Positions 19,334 to 28,277 of a stretch of 32,000 bases of DNA are shown here, piece by piece. The notes under the pieces were generated by a model. That model had not been told where the DNA came from, searched no databases, and saw only the letters and a list, made by a program, of their open reading frames with translations. Source of the DNA: Candidatus Hadarchaeota archaeon (GTDB taxonomy: Archaea; Hadarchaeota; Hadarchaeia; Hadarchaeales; Hadarchaeaceae); contig CAZETV010000001.1 in assembly GCA_964514965.1 (NCBI GenBank), positions 510,001 to 542,000 on the forward strand, written 5' to 3'. Numbering within the stretch: position 1 is the first letter of the stretch; every line of letters starts with the position of its first letter. The position numbers and the translations under genes were made by a program.

Positions 19334-20311
19334 CTAGTTTTTGTGTCCGGCAGATACACGAGGATAAACCATAAGCCGTCCTTGTTTCATTATAATTTTG
19401 CCATCCAACTTAACCGTCGGGCGCAATATGATACCATCGATATGAATTCCTGCCCTGATTCGCCCCCCAAAAGTTGAATTGTCGCCGAGCGCTACGTGGC
19501 AGGTCCCAAGTACCTTTTCATCCTCAATAATGTTGCCGATCAGCCGAGCCTTTGGATTTGTACCCACACCTAATTCAGCTAAATTGTAAGCCTTAGGCCC
19601 AACCGCTTTCAACAGCTTCTTCAGCTTGGCGGCGTGAGCACCTGAAATCTTGGAAGCCCTTCCTTTTTTGATAATTATTTCGACCGTCTCGCGGGGAAAG
19701 CCCACCATACTTCCACCCACAACCACTCGTCCTTCTGCGGTCCCCTCGATAGGCGCGATGAATGCCTCACCGGCTGGCAAATTTCCAAAATCACCCGGTT
19801 GATGAAAAATGCCTGTATCGGAGTGAGCTTCTCGCCCCTTAATGCTGAGGCTGAGTTCCGTTCCAGCGGGAGAATTGATTTCAATCTCAGAAGCTCTGCT
19901 CAGGGGCGTGGCCACTTTTTTCGTCCGCTTGCCGACCTCGCGGTAGTTGGCGAGCATCGCGCCTCGTCGCATTATATCTTCAGTTATCATGGGCATAGTG
20001 GCAATTCTAGCACCAGCCTTGCAGGCATGATGTCGCGCTTGTGTGTGGGTGAGTGAATAAGTTGTTGGTGCGAGCACGACATCAGCGACGCGCATTGCGC
20101 TCGCGACGACTTCGGGAGGTTCTTCGCCGTGCCTACTGAGCGTTTGCATACAGATAAGCGTGGTTTCGGCTCCCGCCGCATGAGCAGCACTGATGAGGGC
20201 TTCAGCAATCTTCAACCTAGGCGGATCCGTGACCACGAGGACACTTTCTCCCCGCTTGACACCCATACAGGTCTTGACCGCTATTCGTGCACCTTTTAAC
20301 AACTCGCGCAT
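19334..20311 (-). CDS. Aminopeptidase-like protein (M29/leucyl aminopeptidase-related fold)
   Basis: 325 aa; 'GESVLVVTDPPRLKIAEALISAAHAAGAETTLICM...GEEPPEVVASAMRVADVVLAPTTYSLTHTQARHHACKAGARIATMP', 'GTCHVALGDNSTFGG...HIDGIILRPTV'. Confidence 0.62.
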   Translation of the reverse strand: MRELLKGARIAVKTCMGVKRGESVLVVTDPPRLKIAEALISAAHAAGAETTLICMQTLSRHGEEPPEVVASAMRVADVVLAPTTYSLTHTQARHHACKAGARIATMPMITEDIMRRGAMLANYREVGKRTKKVATPLSRASEIEINSPAGTELSLSIKGREAHSDTGIFHQPGDFGNLPAGEAFIAPIEGTAEGRVVVGGSMVGFPRETVEIIIKKGRASKISGAHAAKLKKLLKAVGPKAYNLAELGVGTNPKARLIGNIIEDEKVLGTCHVALGDNSTFGGRIRAGIHIDGIILRPTVKLDGKIIMKQGRLMVYPRVSAGHKN

Positions 20312-20322
20312 GTTAGAACCAG

Positions 20323-20640
20323 CTATTTTATAAGACCTTTTTTGTAAAGCTCGTCCCTGAATGCTAGCAGAACCTCACGAACCTTTCCTTCATCGGGAGC
20401 GTGAACCTCCACATAGTACGAAGGAAAAAGGAGAAGATAAGTGCCCCGACTGAGCTCGAATTTCACAATCTCCTTGTTCGACGTTTTTATCTTACGCGCA
20501 CGGGAGACGTGCTTGAGAATTTCGCCAATATCAACTTTTGAGCGAAGCATTGTAATTGTTCGCACAGACATGAGCTTCGGCATGTCGAAGAGATTATAGA
20601 GACGTGGCATCTCGCTTACGCGCGGCTCGGCTCCGCTCAA
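20323..20640 (-). CDS. Small conserved-looking hypothetical protein
   Basis: 105 aa, compact alpha/beta-looking sequence, tightly spaced upstream of the aminopeptidase-like gene and downstream of the histone. Confidence 0.55.
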   Translation of the reverse strand: MSGAEPRVSEMPRLYNLFDMPKLMSVRTITMLRSKVDIGEILKHVSRARKIKTSNKEIVKFELSRGTYLLLFPSYYVEVHAPDEGKVREVLLAFRDELYKKGLIK

Positions 20641-20683
20641 TCAAACCCCAAAATTATTGGAGTGGGGAGAATTTAAAATTTAG

Positions 20684-20890
20684 CTATATTCTTTTCGCAG
20701 CCAATCGTATATCTACGTCTCGAACGGTTCTTCGTCCAGCGTGCTCCGCGAGTTTAGCCGCTTCGTTCGAAATTGTGATAGCGCGCTCTTCAAGAACCTC
20801 GGCTAATGCGACGGCCGCACTCTCACTCACCCGTCTAGCGCCTGATTTTCTTATGATACGATCTATCGCCGCAACAGGCAATTCAACCAT
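20684..20890 (-). CDS. Archaeal histone
   Basis: 68 aa: MVELPVAAIDRIIRKSGARRVSESAAVALAEVLEERAITISNEAAKLAEHAGRRTVRDVDIRLAAKRI; classical histone fold. GGAGG upstream of the start. Confidence 0.93.
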   Translation of the reverse strand: MVELPVAAIDRIIRKSGARRVSESAAVALAEVLEERAITISNEAAKLAEHAGRRTVRDVDIRLAAKRI

Positions 20891-20952
20891 TTATCCGCCT
20901 CCTCGATTGTTTCAAGCCACTTATGGGGCAAATTTCCCCTTTATTTGGGCAG

Positions 20953-20961
20953 TATTTAAAT
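20953..20961 (-). promoter_or_regulatory. Candidate TATA box upstream of the histone gene
   Basis: Minus-strand ATTTAAATA about 65 nt upstream of the histone start. Confidence 0.35.
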
Positions 20962-21177
20962 CTTTCCTAAAATGGGCTTTTAAATCGGTGGTTTTGGTGA
21001 AAATCTAGTTTTTAATGGCTCCGCATGAGTTAGAAATTTTTGTGCTTACACTCGCGCCAATCATGATTGAGCCAAAATAATGCGGCATTTTTTTCTTAGG
21101 CGTCCCATATCGGCAAGTTTAAATAAAAATTTAAGCGAGTGCCTCATAATAACCAAGGGGTGAGAAGTTTGCCATGC

Positions 21178-22182
21178 ATGATTGTTGCTGGGGGATTTTG
21201 GGGCGACGAAGGAAAGGGAAAAGTAGTTGCATATCTGGCGCTCAACGACAAGCCGAAAATTATCGCGCGGGCGGGAGTAGGCCCAAACGCCGGCCACACA
21301 GTATACTCGATGGAAAATAAATTCGGCCTGCGCCAGCTTCCATGTGGATTCGTTTACAAAGGAGCACGCTTGCTCATCGGGCCAGGGGTGCTCATCAACC
21401 CCGATATTGTGCTGAAGGAAGTTAAGCTGACTGATACGGTCGATAGAGTTGGCGTGGACCAGCGTTGCACAGTTATCGAGCCCTCACACATCGAACATGA
21501 CCAATCTTCAGCTCACCTAAAGGGCAAGATAGGCACCACGGGGACGGGCTGTGGTCCCGCAAATGTGGCAAGAGTGAACCGCGTCGCAAAGCTAGCCAAA
21601 GAAATCCCCGAACTCAAAAACTTTCTCACCGATGTCCCCTTAGAGGTCAACGACGCTTTAGGGGAGAACGAACTCGTGCTCGTTGAGGGATCGCAGGGCT
21701 TTGGTCTTTCGTTGATTCACGGCACCTATCCCTATGTCACGAGCAAGGACACATCGGCGTGCACGCTCGCGGCCGATGTCGGTGTGGGGCCTACTAAAAT
21801 AGACGATGTCATGCTCATCTTCAAGGCATACGTGAGCCGAGTTGGTGAGGGGCCTTTCCCGACCGAGATAAACATGGCGGAAGCTGAACGATTAGGCATA
21901 GTTGAGTATGGCACGGTCACCGGGCGGCGGAGGCGCATCGGGGAGTTCGATTTCGACCTAGCAAAGCGCGCGGCGATGATAAACGGTGCCACCCAGCTCA
22001 CGATAACTTGCCTCGACCGGCTTTTCAAGGAAAGTTCGGGAATTAAAAGTTACGGGCAACTACCCGCGAATGCAAAAGAGTTTATCGAGCGCATCGAAGG
22101 TGAACTCAAGGTACCAGTCACATTGATTTCAACGGGCAAAGACATCAAAAACATCATCGACCTCCGCTCGGAGAAACTCTAA
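21178..22182 (+). CDS. purA: Adenylosuccinate synthetase
   Basis: '[42 protein letters not shown]', '[17 protein letters not shown]', '[27 protein letters not shown]'. ATG 21178 preceded by GGGGTGAG. Confidence 0.94.
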   Translation: MIVAGGFWGDEGKGKVVAYLALNDKPKIIARAGVGPNAGHTVYSMENKFGLRQLPCGFVYKGARLLIGPGVLINPDIVLKEVKLTDTVDRVGVDQRCTVIEPSHIEHDQSSAHLKGKIGTTGTGCGPANVARVNRVAKLAKEIPELKNFLTDVPLEVNDALGENELVLVEGSQGFGLSLIHGTYPYVTSKDTSACTLAADVGVGPTKIDDVMLIFKAYVSRVGEGPFPTEINMAEAERLGIVEYGTVTGRRRRIGEFDFDLAKRAAMINGATQLTITCLDRLFKESSGIKSYGQLPANAKEFIERIEGELKVPVTLISTGKDIKNIIDLRSEKL

Positions 22183-22730
22183 TGGCGCGGATGGTAATCG
22201 CGGTTAGCGGCACTCCAGGGACGGGAAAGTCAATTTTTGCCCGGGTGCTCGCGAAAAAACTTGGCGCTCAATTGATAGATCTCAACGCATTGATCAAAAA
22301 GAAGAAGATTTACAGGCTCGACATCGATGGCACGAAGATAGCCAATCTCCCAAAAATGCGGAAAGAGTTTGTCCGCGCGATTCAATCTTCTCACGGCCCG
22401 GTCATCGTAGAGGGACTGCTTGCCCACTTGCTACCTAAAAGGTACCTCACCCACATTGTCGTCCTGCGCACCCGACCGAGGATTCTCGAGCGACGCCTTC
22501 GAACCCGCAAGTACTCAAATACCAAAACCCGCGAAAATGTGGAGGCGGAGGCGCTGGATATAATTTTGTGGGAAGCAGTCAAGATTCACGGTATGAACAG
22601 AGTTTACGAAATCGACACCACGAGACTAAAGCCCAGCGCTGTGGTGAAACTATTCCTGAACGCGCTGGTTGGTGAGATTTCTCTCAAACCAGGCAAGGTC
22701 AACTGGCTGGAGGAATATTACAAAAAATAA
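22182..22730 (+). CDS. AK6/Fap7-type adenylate kinase family protein
   Basis: 182 aa; 'MVIAVSGTPGTGKSIFARVLAKKLGAQLIDLN', 'VIVEGLLAHLL', 'VLRTRPRILERRLRTRKYSNTKTRENVEAEALDIIL'. Start overlaps the purA stop (TAATG). Confidence 0.87.
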   Translation: MARMVIAVSGTPGTGKSIFARVLAKKLGAQLIDLNALIKKKKIYRLDIDGTKIANLPKMRKEFVRAIQSSHGPVIVEGLLAHLLPKRYLTHIVVLRTRPRILERRLRTRKYSNTKTRENVEAEALDIILWEAVKIHGMNRVYEIDTTRLKPSAVVKLFLNALVGEISLKPGKVNWLEEYYKK

Positions 22731-22786
22731 TTTTAAAAAACAAACTCTTTTAATCAAGAACAAGATAAGATTAACCCAGCGATAAT

Positions 22787-23650
22787 ATGGGCGGCACCGC
22801 GAGAACTGCTATTCTCATGGGTGTGCTGACGGGGCTTATGCTTGTGGTGGGGTTTATAGCAGGGTACCTTACAAGCACCCCAATCAGCTATACTCTTGCA
22901 ATTTTCCTAGGCTTAGCCATAGCAATGAATTTGGGGGTCTATTGGTACGCGGACCGATGGGTGCTGCGACTCTACAAGGCCAAAATCGTGAGCGAGGCAG
23001 AGGAACCTGAGCTGCATCGCACGGTAGAACGCTTGGCGTCGAGTGCACGTATACCAAAACCCCGCGTGGCAATCGTCCCCACGGATACGCCAAACGCGTT
23101 TGCGACCGGGCGCAGTCCTTCTCATTCAGTCGTCGCGGTGACACAAGGAGCAATGCATCTGTTGAACCAAGATGAGCTTGAGGGAGTGCTGGGGCACGAA
23201 CTTGGTCACGTGAAGAACCGCGATATGCTGGTCAATACTATGGCTGCAATCATCGGGGCGGTTATCACTTATGTCATGTATTTTACGCTATTCGCGGGAG
23301 GCGGACGCAGGCGCGATGGAGGTGCGGGAATCTTGGCACTCGTGGCACTGATAACGATACCATTTTGCGCGATGTTAGTAAGGCTCTCGATATCTCGTGG
23401 ACGAGAATTTGAGGCAGACCACGACGGGGCCAGTATTTCACGCAAACCGCTCGCGCTGGCTAGTGCACTGCGAAGTCTCCAATCGGCGGTCAGGAACAGA
23501 CCCATGCAGAAGGGCAACCCATCGACCTCTCATATGTTTATCGTCAACCCATTCGCAAAGGTCAGCATGAGGGGACTTTTCTCGACCCACCCTCCGACCG
23601 AGGAACGAATTCGACGGCTCGAAGAGATGGCAAAAACTGGACGATTCTAG
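22787..23650 (+). CDS. htpX: HtpX-like zinc metalloprotease
   Basis: 287 aa; TM segments and 'LEGVLGHELGHVKNRDMLVNTMAA', 'GREFEADHDGASIS', 'STHPPTEERIRRL'. Confidence 0.9.
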   Translation: MGGTARTAILMGVLTGLMLVVGFIAGYLTSTPISYTLAIFLGLAIAMNLGVYWYADRWVLRLYKAKIVSEAEEPELHRTVERLASSARIPKPRVAIVPTDTPNAFATGRSPSHSVVAVTQGAMHLLNQDELEGVLGHELGHVKNRDMLVNTMAAIIGAVITYVMYFTLFAGGGRRRDGGAGILALVALITIPFCAMLVRLSISRGREFEADHDGASISRKPLALASALRSLQSAVRNRPMQKGNPSTSHMFIVNPFAKVSMRGLFSTHPPTEERIRRLEEMAKTGRF

Positions 23651-23823
23651 AATCCGAGCAGAGATTCGCCATAAAAACGCAGAAATACCTCAAAAATAAT
23701 GATTGCAATAGTAAAAATTAGCACACTTTTTGGCGATATCTTGATGCCGTGCCCTTCATCTTTAAAGTAACGTATCAACCCAGCGCCCGTAGCAGGCATC
23801 TCTTCTCCTCGTCTTCCGCGCAT
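23647..23823 (-). CDS. Preprotein translocase subunit Sec61-beta
   Basis: 'PATGAGLIRYFKDEGHGIKISPKSVLIFTIAIIIFEVFLRFYG' is the canonical archaeal Sec61-beta pattern. Start uncertain (M at 23823 or 23799; the track uses 23871). Confidence 0.8.
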   Translation of the reverse strand: MRGRRGEEMPATGAGLIRYFKDEGHGIKISPKSVLIFTIAIIIFEVFLRFYGESLLGF

Positions 23824-23910
23824 CTCACCACCATCATTTTTTCTAGACTTCTGAAGTTTAAGTCTTTCCATCCGAGCGCTGGGGTTTTAACCACTCAAAG
23901 CTTAGTTGTC

Positions 23911-25314
23911 ATGATTACAATGACAAAATACGCCCCAGATGCAGATATTATCGTCAACGGTTTACTGACGCGACTGGTTGAGAGTGAGCTAGCCGGTAGC
24001 GAGATTGTTGTGGCCAACGCGATTGTCGCCCAGCTCGAACACCAATCCAAGTTGGGTAAGGACTCGGGCTTAAGCGGGCTCGCGGAGCTCAGGCGCCTGC
24101 AGGCGTTGGCCGAACAAGAGAAGATAAAACTGAATTTCGCGGGAGAACGCCCAAGTGTCGAGCAAATGATGGGTGCGGATTTCGGTACTATCGACGCCGA
24201 AGTTCGAGAGATAGCTCGGAGTCAAGACGTGACCATTCTCACGAGTAATGCCGTGATGGCAGAAGTCGCACGAATAGAAGGGCTAGAAACAAAGTACTTC
24301 GAGCCCTCACGCGTGGAGGAGACGCCGAGACTCCTGCGCTACTTCGATAAGAACACGATGTCGGTGCACCTGAAGGCACGAGTGCGCCCTATGGCCAAGG
24401 TCGGGCGCCCGGGCAATTTTAAAGTTCAAGTGCTAGACGAGAAACCGCTTGAGGAGACGGAGCTTCGTGAGATAGCGCGAGAGATTCTCGAGTTTGCCAC
24501 GCGCGATCCTGATGGATTCATCGAGTTCGAGCGTGAAGGCGCCAGCATGATACAGTTCCGCGAATACCGCATCGCTATTACCCGCCCTCCGTTCAGCGAC
24601 GGGTTCGAGATCACTGCGGTCCGACCAGTTGTATGGGTGAGGTTAGAGGATTACCGATTGTCGGAGAAACTGAAAGAACGTCTGCGAGAACGCGCGGAGG
24701 GAGTGCTCATCGCGGGTTCACCTGGCGCGGGCAAGACAACTTTTGCTCAGGCGTTGGCTGAATTCTATCACCTGCAAAGAAAAATAGTCAAAACGATGGA
24801 ATCCCCTCGCGACCTCCAAGTGAGCGATGAAATCACACAATATACTGCGCTTGACGGCGACATGGCAAAAACCGCAGACCTGCTTCTCCTTGTGCGCCCA
24901 GATTACACAATTTACGACGAACTGAGAAAGACGAGCGATTTCCAGATATTTACTGACATGCGATTGGCCGGAGTGGGTATGGTGGGTGTGGTGCATTCAA
25001 CGCGGGCAATCGACGCCGTGCAAAGATTGATCGGCCGGGTGGAACTCGGAATGATTCCCATGATTGTCGACACTGTAATTTTCATCAAGGACGGCGAAAT
25101 TCGGGAGGTCTATTCGTTGAGGTTCATGGTCAGAGTTCCGTACGGCATGGTGGAAGCGGACCTAGCGAGGCCCCTAATCGAGGTCTTGGACTTCGAGACG
25201 GGCGAACCGCGCTACGAGATATATACATTCGGTGAGCAGGTCGTGGTTTCCGATTTGAGAAGAGTGCAAATGCGTCCGAGATTTCAGAGAAAACCGAGGC
25301 GAAGGTGGAGATAG
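23911..25314 (+). CDS. PINc/VapC-family ATPase (PIN domain + KH-like region + PilT-like ATPase)
   Basis: 'KYAPDADIIVNGLLTRLVESELAGSEIVVANAIVAQLEHQ', 'ILTSNAVMAEVARIEG', Walker A 'IAGSPGAGKTTFAQAL', 'LLVRPDYTIYDELRKTSDFQIFTDMRLAGVGMVGVVHST'. ATG 23911 preferred to the listed 23749. Confidence 0.86.
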   Translation: MITMTKYAPDADIIVNGLLTRLVESELAGSEIVVANAIVAQLEHQSKLGKDSGLSGLAELRRLQALAEQEKIKLNFAGERPSVEQMMGADFGTIDAEVREIARSQDVTILTSNAVMAEVARIEGLETKYFEPSRVEETPRLLRYFDKNTMSVHLKARVRPMAKVGRPGNFKVQVLDEKPLEETELREIAREILEFATRDPDGFIEFEREGASMIQFREYRIAITRPPFSDGFEITAVRPVVWVRLEDYRLSEKLKERLRERAEGVLIAGSPGAGKTTFAQALAEFYHLQRKIVKTMESPRDLQVSDEITQYTALDGDMAKTADLLLLVRPDYTIYDELRKTSDFQIFTDMRLAGVGMVGVVHSTRAIDAVQRLIGRVELGMIPMIVDTVIFIKDGEIREVYSLRFMVRVPYGMVEADLARPLIEVLDFETGEPRYEIYTFGEQVVVSDLRRVQMRPRFQRKPRRRWR

Positions 25315-25331
25315 AGGTAACTTCTCTATCA

Positions 25332-25841
25332 TCACAATTGGGACATGAACTGACGCTGGAGAATAACTATTTCCGTGCTGTCCTTAGCGCGGGCATAAGC
25401 TTCGAGCGGCTCGCGATTTAGCTCGAGAAAAATTGGCCCCCACTTGAACTTGTTGAGGATTTCTTCCGCACTGGTTTTATCGCCTAGAATTACTAATGCT
25501 GCCGCGAGTGCTTCAGCAGTGCTCAGCTTGGTCGGGCGCCCGTAGTAGGTGGGGTTTGTTGCTACTAAGTAAGGCAAGGCCCGGAGCACCATTCGCGCTC
25601 GAATGCGGGAAATCTGTTCTATTTGCTTCCAAGAGCAGTCAAGCGCCACTAATCCGCGCTTTTTCGCAGTCCCAACATCTTCTCCGGAGAGAGCTCGCTC
25701 AGCAAATGGATCAAGCAAAATTGCGCCTTGCGGCAACTCTTGGGGCTGAAAGACCATCTTAATTTTTTCGAATCTATGTAAGCGCATCGCAGTGCACTTT
25801 TTCGGGTCGCATTCCCGAGCGTTGTATACAACTAGTTCCAT
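25332..25841 (-). CDS. tsr3: Tsr3-family rRNA aminocarboxypropyltransferase (DUF367)
   Basis: 169 aa; 'DPKKCTAMRLHRF', 'ILLDPFAERALSGED', 'LVALDCSWKQIEQI', 'RALPYLVATNPTYYGRPTKLSTAEALAAALVILG'. Confidence 0.9.
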   Translation of the reverse strand: MELVVYNARECDPKKCTAMRLHRFEKIKMVFQPQELPQGAILLDPFAERALSGEDVGTAKKRGLVALDCSWKQIEQISRIRARMVLRALPYLVATNPTYYGRPTKLSTAEALAAALVILGDKTSAEEILNKFKWGPIFLELNREPLEAYARAKDSTEIVILQRQFMSQL

Positions 25842-25909
25842 CGGCCTCAGTTATAACTGAGTCTGGTAAACTTTTAAGCCATGATTGAACAAGGCGGGTT
25901 GGGCACGCC

Positions 25910-27016
25910 ATGACTCAGCAAGTACTTTCCAATGCGACAATCTTCAATGGCGAGGAGCTCGAGGTCACTCACGGCTATTTAGTAATCCGTGATGGCATGA
26001 TAAAAAAAATTTCAGAAGGCTCCCCTCCGGGACGGGCAACTGACCTAAAACGAGGCTTCATTTTACCACCTTTTGTGAACGCGCATACCCACATTGCAGA
26101 TTCCGTTGCTAAGGAACTCTACCTCGGCAGGACACAACAGGAAGTTGTCGGTTCGGGCGGGGAGAAATTTCGTGCTCTGAATTCACATTCGCGTAGCGAG
26201 TTGCTTACATCAGTTCGCGTAACGCTTCAGGACATGTTCCGCACAGGAACCCTAGCCCACTGTGATTTCAGGGAGGGTGGTGTGAAAGGAGTTGAGCTCC
26301 TTCGAGAGGCATCGCACAAAACGGTAAAATCGATTATCATGGGGCGCTTTTCAACACTCGAAGAACTAAACGGTGCCTTAAAAAAATCGGATGGGATCGG
26401 CTTGCCTTCGCTCAATGCTTTTGATGAAAAAGCACTTCAATCAATCGCTAATCAAACTAGGCGGGCGAAGAAACTTCTCTCGGTTCATGTTGCCGAGTTA
26501 GCGTCTACCCGAAACGAAGTCGAGCGAGCACTTAAACTTCACCCCTCTTTTATCGTCCATGCGACCCACGCGGACGAAGAAGATTTCGTGTCTTTGCAAA
26601 AGAATGATGTCCCCGTTGTTTTTTGCCCAAGGGCGAATAGCTTGCTGAGTGTCGGCCTACCTCCTATTCACCTCGCGATCGCAACCAAAGTTCGTTTTTA
26701 CCTTGGGACGGATAACGCGACGGTTTGCCCGCCGAACATGTTCAAGGAACTCTCGTTCTCTTGGGCGTGCCTGCGCCGAGCCGATCCAACGGCGGGAGGC
26801 GAGGAAGCGCGCAAGCTTCTGCAGGCCGCGACAATTGAACCCCTAAATCTTTTTAATTTACCGTGGGGATCCGTCGAGGAGGGGAGTAGCGCGACGTTCA
26901 TGGTGCTCACCCGTGGAAATAATCTCACGAATCTCACCAACTTGTATGCAGGATTGATTAATCGGGCTCGATCAGACAACATTCGAGCGATTTACGCGCG
27001 CGGCAAAATTTTATAA
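25910..27016 (+). CDS. Amidohydrolase-family protein (metal-dependent deaminase/chlorohydrolase-like)
   Basis: 368 aa; 'LKRGFILPPFVNAHTHIADSV', 'TLAHCDFREGGVKGVELL', 'SVHVAELAS', 'FIVHATHADEEDF', 'FYLGTDNATVCPPNMFKELSF'. Confidence 0.75.
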   Translation: MTQQVLSNATIFNGEELEVTHGYLVIRDGMIKKISEGSPPGRATDLKRGFILPPFVNAHTHIADSVAKELYLGRTQQEVVGSGGEKFRALNSHSRSELLTSVRVTLQDMFRTGTLAHCDFREGGVKGVELLREASHKTVKSIIMGRFSTLEELNGALKKSDGIGLPSLNAFDEKALQSIANQTRRAKKLLSVHVAELASTRNEVERALKLHPSFIVHATHADEEDFVSLQKNDVPVVFCPRANSLLSVGLPPIHLAIATKVRFYLGTDNATVCPPNMFKELSFSWACLRRADPTAGGEEARKLLQAATIEPLNLFNLPWGSVEEGSSATFMVLTRGNNLTNLTNLYAGLINRARSDNIRAIYARGKIL

Positions 27017-27074
27017 GCTTGAGAACCAACCAAAAATTGATGTTTTAAAGGTTAACTAGCACAGTGAATGGTGG

Positions 27075-27914
27075 ATGAAAAACATGCAGGTCAAAGATGT
27101 GATGACCAAAGAGGTTAGGTGGGTGGAGGTACCCGGTACCCGAGCGGAGACCCTCGACCTTCTAAGGAAAATAGGTACAAACGCGGTTCCTGTGGTGAAG
27201 CGGGGCACTGATGAGCTCGTCGGGATGGTGACGCTCCGCAAATTGTTCGAGAAATCCGATGAAAATCAACTCGCGATGCTTGTAGATCGCGACGTTCCGA
27301 CCGTTGCGCTGAGCGATAGCCTCGAAGAAACAGCAAATCGTTTCCTTACGGCTCACGTCCGCAAGCTGCCTGTATTAAAAAACGAAAAACTCGTCGGAAT
27401 CATCACGGTCAGGGACATCGTTTACCGCGCAATCGCCGAGATGAATTTGGATCGCCCGGCATCGGATTTCATGCGCCCTCACGTTATCGCTGTCTGGGAC
27501 GGAACCCCGCTCAAGGCTGCAGTGGAGATTATGGACCTATCAGGCTTCCAAGCCTTGCCCACGATCGACGAGAACGGCAAACTAGTTGGGATCATCGATG
27601 ATACAGACATCCTCAAGGTGAGTGATGTCGAGACCGAGTCGAAAATAAGCCAGATGACAGGACGAAGCGAGGGCGATAGCTGGACGTGGGACAGCGAAAA
27701 CCGAATCTACATCACCAAGCAGGAGTTAAAGATTCCGAATAAACTCGTCCGGGACGTTATGACGAAGGATCTCTTAACGATAACTCGCAAGACTTCTGTT
27801 AGTAGGACAGCACAACTTATGAAACAGCACAAAATTGAGCAGACTCCAGTTTTGTCCGGGGAAGATAAGTTCATCGGCATCGTGCAGGATGTCGACCTGC
27901 TCAAGGCTGTATAG
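27075..27914 (+). CDS. Tandem CBS-domain protein (four CBS motifs)
   Basis: 279 aa; repeated 'VKDVMTKE...RVPGTRAETLDLLRKIGTNAVPVV', 'FLTAHVRKLPVLKNEKLVGIITVRDI', 'DFMRPHVIAVWDGTPLKAAVEIM', 'VRDVMTKDLLTITRK...HKIEQTPVL'. Confidence 0.87.
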   Translation: MKNMQVKDVMTKEVRWVEVPGTRAETLDLLRKIGTNAVPVVKRGTDELVGMVTLRKLFEKSDENQLAMLVDRDVPTVALSDSLEETANRFLTAHVRKLPVLKNEKLVGIITVRDIVYRAIAEMNLDRPASDFMRPHVIAVWDGTPLKAAVEIMDLSGFQALPTIDENGKLVGIIDDTDILKVSDVETESKISQMTGRSEGDSWTWDSENRIYITKQELKIPNKLVRDVMTKDLLTITRKTSVSRTAQLMKQHKIEQTPVLSGEDKFIGIVQDVDLLKAV

Positions 27915-28046
27915 AATCGTCACAAGGAATTTCTCCCAATTTTCGGTTATGAATGAAATTTTCACTTGATAAAAGCGAAAAAGCTTAAACTGTTTCTTAA
28001 CCTGTATAAAAATGTGCGGGGATAACTCAACCTGGGAGAGTGTCGG

Positions 28047-28078
28047 TCCGTCGTTGAGACTATCTCACACGGGGCAAA
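28047..28078 (+). other. tRNA intron 1 (32 nt), non-canonical position 30/31
   Basis: BHB-like fold: TGTC (28041-28044) pairs with GGCA (28073-28076), bulges GG|T and AA|A, inner helix CCGT/ACGG, distal hairpin TGAGA-CTA-TCTCA. Confidence 0.78.
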
Positions 28079-28085
28079 ACTGAAG

Positions 28086-28099
28086 ACACCCAGTCGGAC
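28086..28099 (+). other. tRNA intron 2 (14 nt), canonical position 37/38
   Basis: Sequence ACACCCAGTCGGAC. Central helix CTGA (32-35) with intron TCGG, bulges AG|A and AC|A. Boundary ambiguous by 1 nt because of the repeated A. Confidence 0.72.
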
Positions 28100-28277
28100 A
28101 TCCGAATGTTGGGGGTTCAAATCCCCCTCCCCGCACCATCAAAATCCTGCCGAATGAGCAAAATTCTTGCTTATTTTAGGAAAATATCCTGCCTAAATCT
28201 TGCTTTATTTTTGCGTCATTCTCCTATTTCACAATTAGGTTTAAATCTCTCAAAAGACACATTAAAAGGGGGGAGAC

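Larger units (their letters stand above)
28016..28138 (+). tRNA. tRNA-Phe (anticodon GAA at 28082-28084), interrupted by two introns, CCA encoded
   Basis: Acceptor GCGGGGA/TCCCCGC, D-stem ACTC/GAGT, T-arm GGGGG-TTCAAAT-CCCCC, discriminator A, CCA. Removing 28047-28078 and 28086-28099 gives a 77-nt tRNA with anticodon arm TCGGA-CTGAAGA-TCCGA (perfect 5-bp stem), matching the archaeal tRNA-Phe pattern. Confidence 0.88.

Noticed and set aside
28043-28105. A single large tRNA intron using the attractive helix pair TCGG-TCCG / CGGA-CA-TCCGA
   Set aside because: It forms a neat bulge-helix-bulge, but splicing there leaves a 15-nt anticodon arm with no U33 and no standard loop. The two-intron model gives a perfect 17-nt tRNA-Phe arm.
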